Source of the DNA: an uncultured virus (IMG/VR IMGVR_UViG_3300015608_000414)
Taxonomy: Duplodnaviria; Heunggongvirae; Uroviricota; Caudoviricetes
Length of the DNA stretch: 20,000 bases
Reading direction: 5' to 3' (one strand)
IMG/VR virus record: IMGVR_UViG_3300015608_000414
Location: 52,007 to 72,006 of that record
The notes below the pieces were generated by a model. That model did not search any database. It was not told the origin of the DNA and saw only the letters and a list, made by a program, of their open reading frames with translations. This document shows, piece by piece, positions 8,779-15,757 of the stretch; within the stretch, counting starts at the first letter, position 1; the number at the start of each line of letters is the position of its first letter. Position numbers and translations under genes: made by a program.

Positions 8779-9561
8779 GTGGCATCATATAATTTAAAAT
8801 TTAATAAAGACGATTCAGTTATCAGGCATATATTAATAGGCTTGATTGCTGATTTAGATAAAAAATTAAATTATTGGAATACAGTTGACGGTGAAGATAT
8901 TAAAGTAGATATCCCTTTCTACTTATCACTTACTGGAGATGAAAGTTTCTTATACGACCATTTCTTATTTGATGATGCAAAGGACCCTGAAAGAAAAAAA
9001 GCTATAGGTAACTACGAAGTTAAACCTAGAGGAGTTGCATCTTTAGAAAGCATGGCTATTGATTCAAGTGCATTACTTAATAAATACGTCAGAGGTACTT
9101 ATAGCAAACTAGATGAAGGTAAAGATACCATGAAATCATATACTGCTGAGTTTCAAATGATTCCGTTAGTATTTACTGTTAATGTTAAAATAATGGTTGA
9201 TACTCAAATTGAAATTTTTAAAGTAACTGAGAAGATTATCAAAGCACTTTATAAGAATAATCAATATCGAGTAGATGTTGGTACATTACAAGAAGGTACA
9301 TATCCAATTCCTTGTGGTTATAAATTACCAGAAGATTATGAAATGGAAAGACCTATTGAATTTGGATTTGATGATAAGAAAAATAGAACAATTACTTTCA
9401 CTATAGAATTAAAAGCCAGAATGCCAGTATTTGAGCCAAAAACAGAATTATTTAACGGTAATAGAATGTTCAGTTTTGATGCAAGTATACAGACTACTGA
9501 CAACATTGATAATCCAAGTATTGGAGGACCTGATTCTATGTTCGGGAAGACCAATAATTAA
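8779..9561 (+). CDS. gp15: Tail terminator / tail sheath stabilizer (T4 gp15-like); GTG start
   Basis: Collinear similarity to gp15: SVIRHILIGLIADL, IKVDIPF, KPR, IPLVFTVNVKI, IFKVTEKII and TITFTIELKARMP. Size of 260 aa fits. Confidence 0.7.
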   Translation: MASYNLKFNKDDSVIRHILIGLIADLDKKLNYWNTVDGEDIKVDIPFYLSLTGDESFLYDHFLFDDAKDPERKKAIGNYEVKPRGVASLESMAIDSSALLNKYVRGTYSKLDEGKDTMKSYTAEFQMIPLVFTVNVKIMVDTQIEIFKVTEKIIKALYKNNQYRVDVGTLQEGTYPIPCGYKLPEDYEMERPIEFGFDDKKNRTITFTIELKARMPVFEPKTELFNGNRMFSFDASIQTTDNIDNPSIGGPDSMFGKTNN

Positions 9562-9562
9562 T

Positions 9563-9571
9563 GATATATAA
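9563..9571 (+). promoter_or_regulatory. GATATATAA motif, putative late promoter for the 700-aa gene
   Basis: Intergenic, starting 27 nt before the ATG at 9590. Confidence 0.6.
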
Positions 9572-9589
9572 AAAAAATACGATACAGAA

Positions 9590-11692
9590 ATGTCTTATAA
9601 TATAACGCCTAGACAGTGTGATGTACTTACAGAAATTAAGTCTGCCAGCATTAAATTAACTAATGAAGGTAAAATGACTGATGAAAGAAGTAAATTACTA
9701 GAACAATTAGTACTGCATTTAAGTGACCCTAGAAATGAATGGGGTAAAAATAACTTAAGAGACCTTATCGTTTTATTCCACGATTCTGGTCGTTCACCTG
9801 AACAGATATATAATATTCTATACACAATGGGTGTAGAAAAAGAAACAGCATGGGATGGAATCATGCAATATTTACCAAGAACACAACCTCAAAATAATCA
9901 ATATACAATGAAAGTAAAGGAGCAACTTAATATCTCCGGTAAAGTTCAATCACTTATAGAATCAATGAACTCACTTAATACTGGCGACAGCTTAAACTAC
10001 ACTGTTAAAACTATCGTAAGTATATGCGAGTCATTCTTAAAGAATGATTTAAGTGGCTTATCTGCATATGACCATAGTTCTTACGCTAAGAGTTTAATAT
10101 CTCAATTAAACCAGTACAGCCATATTAAACAAGTGTCTGAAGCTATTAAATCTATTGAAGACGTATTAGCTGAAAATGCAATGAGTTTAGAATTAGATAA
10201 CTTATATTCTAAATTAAGCTCTAAGAATTCTAATAATACTTATACAACTGTTATCGGTAAATTAGATACATTCAAAACAATGAATGAATCAGAAATCAGA
10301 GAGAAATCTAAATCAGAATTAGTATCATTTAATTATATTCCAGAAGTTAGATTATTCTTAGAAAACGTAGATTTAACAAATGGTGTAGTAGCTGAAGATA
10401 CAAATAAATCAGCAGTTTCTAAATATGACCTTAAGGGTAGATTAAGAACATTACACGAAAATATCAACAAATACGAAGCTCCAAATTCACACTTTACTGT
10501 TAATACAATTAAAACTATTTGTGAGAAATATATTAACCAATTATATAAAGGTAATATTTCAGTATCTGAATCTTATGTTACTGCATTAGTAATTAAAGAA
10601 TTAGAATCATTTATGTGGTTAGATTCAGTAAAAGAATCTGTAACAGATGCTGTTAAATATATTAACGAAAATATGATGAGTTTCGAAGTTAACGAAACTT
10701 TACGTAGACTTAGAAATATGAATGGTAATAATTTCTATGCTACAGCAGTAACTAAATTAGAAGAATTTTCTAATTTATCTGAATCTGAAATCCGTGAACG
10801 TATTAAATATGATATGAATGCATTTACTTGGATTCCAGAAGTTAAACGTTTAGTTGAAACTGTTAATCATTTAGAGCATTCATTATCTAGTAATACAGAA
10901 GCTGTTGTAGAAAATGTATATTCACCAATCATGCAAATTGATGGAAAAAATGCATTCTATTTAAACAAGAAAGTATATTCAATTGATGAGAATAACCAAA
11001 TCACTCCAGTTGATTACAATAAATTAACAGCATTATATTTAACATTAATAGCTGTAACTGAGAACTTTAAATTTAATGGCGATGTAGCAACTTATTTTAA
11101 AGGCAACAATTCAATTAAGTTCCAATTAACTGAAAATGGCACATCTGTTAAGTTTAATGATACAGAAGTTGAAATTAAAGAGTCAGCTGACCTTAGAAAT
11201 TTCTTATTATCAAATGGTAGTTTCGGTGTAAATGACATGGCAGAATTAGACATGGTTGCAAAAGCTTTTGAAAACTTAAGCTCTTTCACTCAGTTAGATT
11301 TCGTACAAAGTATTCACTCTAGAATGCATAAAGGTGTAATAGTTAACGTAATTAAGTTAGATGAAAATGTTTATATTAACAGAGTTAATCCTTATATGAA
11401 TACTAACGAATTCATCAAAGCTTCTACAGCTGCAGATGCAATTGGATTAGTAAAAGAATACGTAAATTACGATATTAAAACAAGTTTAGTTGATTTATTA
11501 GAAGGCGAAGCGAAACAGGCTGCAATAATTGAAGCTAAAAAAGAAGATTTATTCGATAAGATTACATTCTTAAAAGAACAGCGTTCAATTTTAGCAAAAC
11601 AACCTAAAAACAATTTAATTCAAGAAGCAGATAATTTATTAGCTTCTGAAATTGAGAAGTTCGAAAAAGAGTTAAATGAATTAACAAAATAA
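9590..11692 (+). CDS. Hypothetical 700-aa protein with an internal 165-aa tandem duplication; probable prohead core/internal head protein
   Basis: Long ORF with codon usage like its neighbours. ICE...ESEIRE...IPEV is repeated at a 165-aa interval. Many (I/L/V)-X-E motifs and a C-terminal coiled coil. The function is inferred. Confidence 0.85.
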   Translation: MSYNITPRQCDVLTEIKSASIKLTNEGKMTDERSKLLEQLVLHLSDPRNEWGKNNLRDLIVLFHDSGRSPEQIYNILYTMGVEKETAWDGIMQYLPRTQPQNNQYTMKVKEQLNISGKVQSLIESMNSLNTGDSLNYTVKTIVSICESFLKNDLSGLSAYDHSSYAKSLISQLNQYSHIKQVSEAIKSIEDVLAENAMSLELDNLYSKLSSKNSNNTYTTVIGKLDTFKTMNESEIREKSKSELVSFNYIPEVRLFLENVDLTNGVVAEDTNKSAVSKYDLKGRLRTLHENINKYEAPNSHFTVNTIKTICEKYINQLYKGNISVSESYVTALVIKELESFMWLDSVKESVTDAVKYINENMMSFEVNETLRRLRNMNGNNFYATAVTKLEEFSNLSESEIRERIKYDMNAFTWIPEVKRLVETVNHLEHSLSSNTEAVVENVYSPIMQIDGKNAFYLNKKVYSIDENNQITPVDYNKLTALYLTLIAVTENFKFNGDVATYFKGNNSIKFQLTENGTSVKFNDTEVEIKESADLRNFLLSNGSFGVNDMAELDMVAKAFENLSSFTQLDFVQSIHSRMHKGVIVNVIKLDENVYINRVNPYMNTNEFIKASTAADAIGLVKEYVNYDIKTSLVDLLEGEAKQAAIIEAKKEDLFDKITFLKEQRSILAKQPKNNLIQEADNLLASEIEKFEKELNELTK

Positions 11693-11710
11693 TTAAAAAG
11701 GTTATATTTA

Positions 11711-11738
11711 GAATGCGAACTAGAAATAGTTCGCATTC
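11711..11738 (+). other. Perfect 12-bp RNA stem with GAAA tetraloop and no U-tract (followed by GGGGG)
   Basis: GAATGCGAACTA-GAAA-TAGTTCGCATTC. The GNRA loop orientation suggests it acts on the + strand transcript. Confidence 0.85.
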
Positions 11739-11823
11739 GGGGGCTATAGATATCTAACCTATTGATTATAAGTAACTTAAACAAAAGAATGTATTTCGAT
11801 ATAAGCTTAAATATTAATTAATT

Positions 11824-12207
11824 ATGGCTAAGAGAAAAAAGCAATATTTAAACAACGCTGATTTATTAGAGCAGATAAGATTATCTAAACAGCAGGACTC
11901 TCTGACTAGAGAAGCCGAAAAGATGTTAGTATTATTAGCTACAAATGCTATCAAGAAACTGCCGTATGTACATACTGCTGACAGAGACGATTGCTTACAG
12001 TTTGCTATATATGATTTACTTAAGTACTGGAAAGGATTTAATTGTGATAAATATACTAATGCATTTGCGTACTATACAGAAATAGCTAAAAAAGGCTATG
12101 CTAAAGGTTGGAATAAATTATACCCTAAGAAATATGCAAATACAATAAGAATGAGTGGTTCATATGATAATGACGACTCTGATGGATTATATTCACTAGG
12201 ATATTAA
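11824..12207 (+). CDS. gp55: Late-transcription sigma factor (T4 gp55-like), compact
   Basis: YLNNADLL corresponds to gp55 YVNNKELL, and FNCDKYTNAFAYYTEIAKKGY to [21 protein letters not shown]. Acidic then hydrophobic C-terminus. Confidence 0.8.
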   Translation: MAKRKKQYLNNADLLEQIRLSKQQDSLTREAEKMLVLLATNAIKKLPYVHTADRDDCLQFAIYDLLKYWKGFNCDKYTNAFAYYTEIAKKGYAKGWNKLYPKKYANTIRMSGSYDNDDSDGLYSLGY

Positions 12208-12683
12208 TGAAAGTATCAATTAAAAATGTAAAACCCGACGCTAAATATAAAGGTGGTATTTATAAACCTTTAAATTTAGAAAAATATATAGGACCAATTC
12301 CTATTATATGTAGAAGTAGTTGGGAAAGAAAATATTGTCAATACTGTGACTTAAAGGATGAAATTATAAAATGGTCTTCTGAAGCTATTAAAATTAGATA
12401 TTATAATCCTTTAACTAAAAAGAATCATACTTACTTCCCAGATTTTTATATTAAAGTTTTAAATTCGAATGGTAGCGTACAAGAGTTTATAGTAGAAATT
12501 AAGCCATCTACATATTTAAAGAAACCTATTTTACCTAAAAGAAGTACAGAAAAAGCTTTAAGTAATTATAAATATAAATATGAATCATTTATTAGAAATT
12601 ATGCAAAAGCTAAAGCTGCTAAAGAATATGCAGCTGAAAGAGGAATGAAGTATATCATAATAACAGAAAAGAGTCTTAAATAA
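12207..12683 (+). CDS. gp4: Head completion nuclease (T4 gp4-like, TnsA/PD-(D/E)xK fold)
   Basis: KYIG...RSSWE...KWSSE...YFPDF...VEIKP...NYAK...IITE. TAATG overlaps at both ends. Confidence 0.88.
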   Translation: MKVSIKNVKPDAKYKGGIYKPLNLEKYIGPIPIICRSSWERKYCQYCDLKDEIIKWSSEAIKIRYYNPLTKKNHTYFPDFYIKVLNSNGSVQEFIVEIKPSTYLKKPILPKRSTEKALSNYKYKYESFIRNYAKAKAAKEYAAERGMKYIIITEKSLK

Positions 12684-13294
12684 TGGGTAAACTTTCAAAA
12701 GAAATAAGCGCTTTAGTAACTGAATCAAGGGGGCTAGATATTGCTAAGAAAGAATCTATTGAATGGTACAAGAAGACGGCTAGTAGTTCTGGTGACAGTA
12801 GTGTAGAAAATTACAATGGACCATTTAAACCTGGTAAAATTTACATATTCAGATATGAAAATCCTAAGACTAAAGATACATTAGAATGGTGGGATAGAAA
12901 TCCAGTAGTATTAAGTTTAGGACAACATGACGGTAAAGATATTGGAATTAATTTAAACTTGATTCCTTATGCTAGAAAAATACAACTTCTTGATAAAATA
13001 TACGACCAATATGAATCTAGAATAGATACAATGGTTAAAAGAGGAAGAGGTGATGCAAGCAGTGAACAGGGTATACCATCGTTTACTTATGAAAGAGTTA
13101 AACCTTTTCTAGAAAAAACTGGATTTGGTGCTGCAGTAAGAACATACATAATAGGATTAAGAAAGAATAGCAGAGTAGTATCATATTCTAAGTGGAATAG
13201 AGTAGCTTTAATAGACTTAAATGATATTAAAGGAGCCACTATAAACAAAGCATACTCAAAAATTGGTAAATATATCAAAAAACATAAAAAATAA
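12683..13294 (+). CDS. gp2: DNA end protector protein (T4 gp2-like)
   Basis: PGKIYIFRY..KTKDTLEWWDRNPVV...GINLNLIP matches the gp2 PGRIY...KETLPYWDKFP...GLNLHYIP core. Confidence 0.85.
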   Translation: MGKLSKEISALVTESRGLDIAKKESIEWYKKTASSSGDSSVENYNGPFKPGKIYIFRYENPKTKDTLEWWDRNPVVLSLGQHDGKDIGINLNLIPYARKIQLLDKIYDQYESRIDTMVKRGRGDASSEQGIPSFTYERVKPFLEKTGFGAAVRTYIIGLRKNSRVVSYSKWNRVALIDLNDIKGATINKAYSKIGKYIKKHKK

Positions 13295-13320
13295 ATATGG
13301 TAGGCTTTTTAATTATTGAA

Positions 13321-13329
13321 GATATATAA
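13321..13329 (+). promoter_or_regulatory. GATATATAA motif, putative late promoter upstream of homing endonuclease 3 and portal
   Basis: Intergenic, starting 12 nt before the ATG at 13333. Confidence 0.55.
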
Positions 13330-13332
13330 CAT

Positions 13333-14106
13333 ATGAATTATATATATGCATATTTAGACCCTAGAAAACCAGGTAAACATGTATATGACGATATCACTTT
13401 TGATTATTTACCTTTTTATATAGGTATGTCTAAAAATAAAAACAGGAAATTTAATCATATAAATGATTCTATAAAAAATAAAAAGGGAAGAAATAAAAGA
13501 AAGATTGAATTAATACAAAAATTAATTAAAAATAAATTAGAACCTATAATAATAACTTTATATGAAAATTTAAGTAACATTGAAGCCTTAAATAAAGAAG
13601 TCGAACTTATTGAAAAAATAGGTAGAGTTAATATTAAAACGGGACCTTTATTAAATGTTTTACCAGGAGGCCAACCTATAGAAAGTGAAATAATATCTCT
13701 AAAATTAAAAAAAAATAAGAGATTAAACTCCGATAAAAAATTAAAAGTTATACAGATAGATTTAAATGGTAATTTAATTAAAGAATGGGATAGTGCTACA
13801 ACTGCAAGTAATATATTAAAAATTAATCGTATTACATCATGCTGTAGAGGTGAAAGAAAAACTGCAGGTGGATATAAGTGGATTTATAAAGAACCTGAGA
13901 ATAGAATAAAAAGAAAGGTATATAAGAAGAGATTAGATAAACCTTGGAATAAATATAAAATTATTAAACTAGATAAAGATTTTAATGAAATTAAAATCTA
14001 TGATTCAATTGATAATTTAGAAGAAAATTTAAACAAAAGAATGGTTAAACAAGCATGTAGAAAATCATTCTTATATAAAAACAATTATTACAAATATAAA
14101 ATTTAA
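13333..14106 (+). CDS. Free-standing GIY-YIG (LEM-3-like subtype) homing endonuclease 3 with NUMOD1/IENR1 HTH modules
   Basis: YIYAYLDPR...PFYIGM...R..NH, EALNKEVELIEKIGR, GPLLN. C-terminal VIQIDLNGNLIKEWDSA...ITSCCRGERKTAGGYKW plus a second degenerate copy. Very A-rich. Confidence 0.82.
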   Translation: MNYIYAYLDPRKPGKHVYDDITFDYLPFYIGMSKNKNRKFNHINDSIKNKKGRNKRKIELIQKLIKNKLEPIIITLYENLSNIEALNKEVELIEKIGRVNIKTGPLLNVLPGGQPIESEIISLKLKKNKRLNSDKKLKVIQIDLNGNLIKEWDSATTASNILKINRITSCCRGERKTAGGYKWIYKEPENRIKRKVYKKRLDKPWNKYKIIKLDKDFNEIKIYDSIDNLEENLNKRMVKQACRKSFLYKNNYYKYKI

Positions 14107-14111
14107 AAATT

Positions 14112-15710
14112 ATGGCAGGTTTCCTTGATCGCTTCGGCCCATTAACTAGAAGAATTTCAGTTTCTAAGACTTTACAAGACTTATCAAGTTTCGGTATGAA
14201 ATACGATGATATGATTATCCGTAACTCACAAGCGATAGGTTTAATGGAAGACAAAGTAGGTTTCGGTCAAATGAATCCATTAGGATATGATAATGAAGAC
14301 TATTGGTACCCATTTGCAGCCTTATCAATGGCTGATACAACATTAAGGAAAAGTATAAGCTTCTTTGACCAAGATTATATTAAGAAAAGAGATGAATTAA
14401 GAAATTTCGCTCTACAAGATGAGGTTGAAGAAATATTAGATACAATGTGTGATGAGTGTATTGTATATGATACTAAAAATTTCTTCTGTCAACCTGATGT
14501 AATGTCAATGACAAACGTTAAAGAAGACGTTAAAAAAGAATTAAATAAATCATTTAATAATATTTATAATTACTTTGGTTTTAATCAAGACCAATCTGCT
14601 TGGTTCTATTTCCGTAAATGGTTAATAGATGGTTATTTAGCATTTGAAATTATTTATAATGATAGACAAGATGAGATTATAGGTTTTAAAGAATTAGACC
14701 CAGTATCATTAGTACCAGGTATCGATAAGACTACTAATAAAAAGATTTGGTATCAATATAAAGATAATCCAGCTAAAGAAAGAAAGATATTTGATTCACA
14801 GTTAATATACCTTTCATATGGTTCAGTAAGTACAGCTTCTAGAATTTCTTACGTTGAAAGATTAGTAAGGTCATTCAACTTAATGAGAATCATGGAAACA
14901 ACTAGAGTTATATGGGCTGTAATGAACTCGTCATATAGATTAAAATTTATTATTCCAGTAGGTGGTAAATCTAAAACAAGAGCTAAACAATCATTAGCAC
15001 AATTAATGAACAACTATCGTGAGGTAGTTGATTTTGATTATGGTTCTGGTACTCTTAAAGTAGATGGTAAACCTATGATGGCATTTAATAAAGAATATTG
15101 GTTACCATCTAAAGAAGGTGAACAACCTGAAATTGAAACATTAGGAGGTGATGGTCCTGACTTTAATGATACTGATTCATTAAAATACTTTGCTGATAAA
15201 CTAAAAATGGCATCAAAAATTCCTTTCAGTAGATTTGATAAGGATAGTCCAGCAACATATGAAATGTCTGCTGAAGGTTTAATCAGAGAAGAAATTAAGT
15301 TTGAAAAATTCGTAAATAGATTACGTTCTACATTCCAAGAATTATTAGTTAAACCATTATATTTACAAATGTGTATCAAGTTTCCTCATTTAAAAAATGA
15401 TGCAAACTTTAAAACTCATATATCTTTACAATTCAACGCAGATAATATGTTTGCTGAATTAAAAGAAATGGAAATTTATCAAAAGCGTGTTGATTTTATT
15501 TCATCATTAAAAGATTCATTAGTTGAACAAGACGCAGACATGAATGAACAACCATATTTCGATTTAGAGTTCTTAATTGAAAGATTTTTAAAGATGGACC
15601 AAGCTGACATGGATAAAAATAAAGAGATTAAAGAACGCAAAGCCAAAGAGAAAAAGAAGAAGGGCGGTTCAGGAGAAGGCGGTGGCAGTAACGTTGACTT
15701 AGGTTTCTAA
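14112..15710 (+). CDS. gp20: Portal vertex protein (T4 gp20-like)
   Basis: FRKWLIDG, ELDP, EYWLPSKEG, IETLGG, KIPFSRF and IREEIKFEKFVNRLRSTF. 532 aa, upstream of the protease and capsid genes. Confidence 0.92.
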   Translation: MAGFLDRFGPLTRRISVSKTLQDLSSFGMKYDDMIIRNSQAIGLMEDKVGFGQMNPLGYDNEDYWYPFAALSMADTTLRKSISFFDQDYIKKRDELRNFALQDEVEEILDTMCDECIVYDTKNFFCQPDVMSMTNVKEDVKKELNKSFNNIYNYFGFNQDQSAWFYFRKWLIDGYLAFEIIYNDRQDEIIGFKELDPVSLVPGIDKTTNKKIWYQYKDNPAKERKIFDSQLIYLSYGSVSTASRISYVERLVRSFNLMRIMETTRVIWAVMNSSYRLKFIIPVGGKSKTRAKQSLAQLMNNYREVVDFDYGSGTLKVDGKPMMAFNKEYWLPSKEGEQPEIETLGGDGPDFNDTDSLKYFADKLKMASKIPFSRFDKDSPATYEMSAEGLIREEIKFEKFVNRLRSTFQELLVKPLYLQMCIKFPHLKNDANFKTHISLQFNADNMFAELKEMEIYQKRVDFISSLKDSLVEQDADMNEQPYFDLEFLIERFLKMDQADMDKNKEIKERKAKEKKKKGGSGEGGGSNVDLGF

Positions 15711-15729
15711 GATTTTCCAGGAAATCACA

Positions 15730-15738
15730 AATATATAA
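15730..15738 (+). promoter_or_regulatory. AATATATAA, one-mismatch variant of the putative late promoter
   Basis: Intergenic, starting 28 nt before the ATG at 15758. The leader is nearly identical to that of the 700-aa gene. Confidence 0.45.
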
Positions 15739-15757
15739 AAAAAATATAGATACGTAA

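Noticed and set aside
11762..11790. Sigma70-like promoter TTGATT-N17-AAGAAT upstream of gp55
   Set aside because: The -10 element lacks the conserved first T and the region is AT-rich, so the match is not distinguishable from chance.
907..14111. Group I introns or inteins housing the three endonucleases
   Set aside because: The flanking genes are intact, and the non-coding flanks are only ~30-40 nt upstream and 13 nt or less downstream, too short for a ribozyme core. UvsX, helicase, gp46 and portal have normal lengths with no intein motifs.
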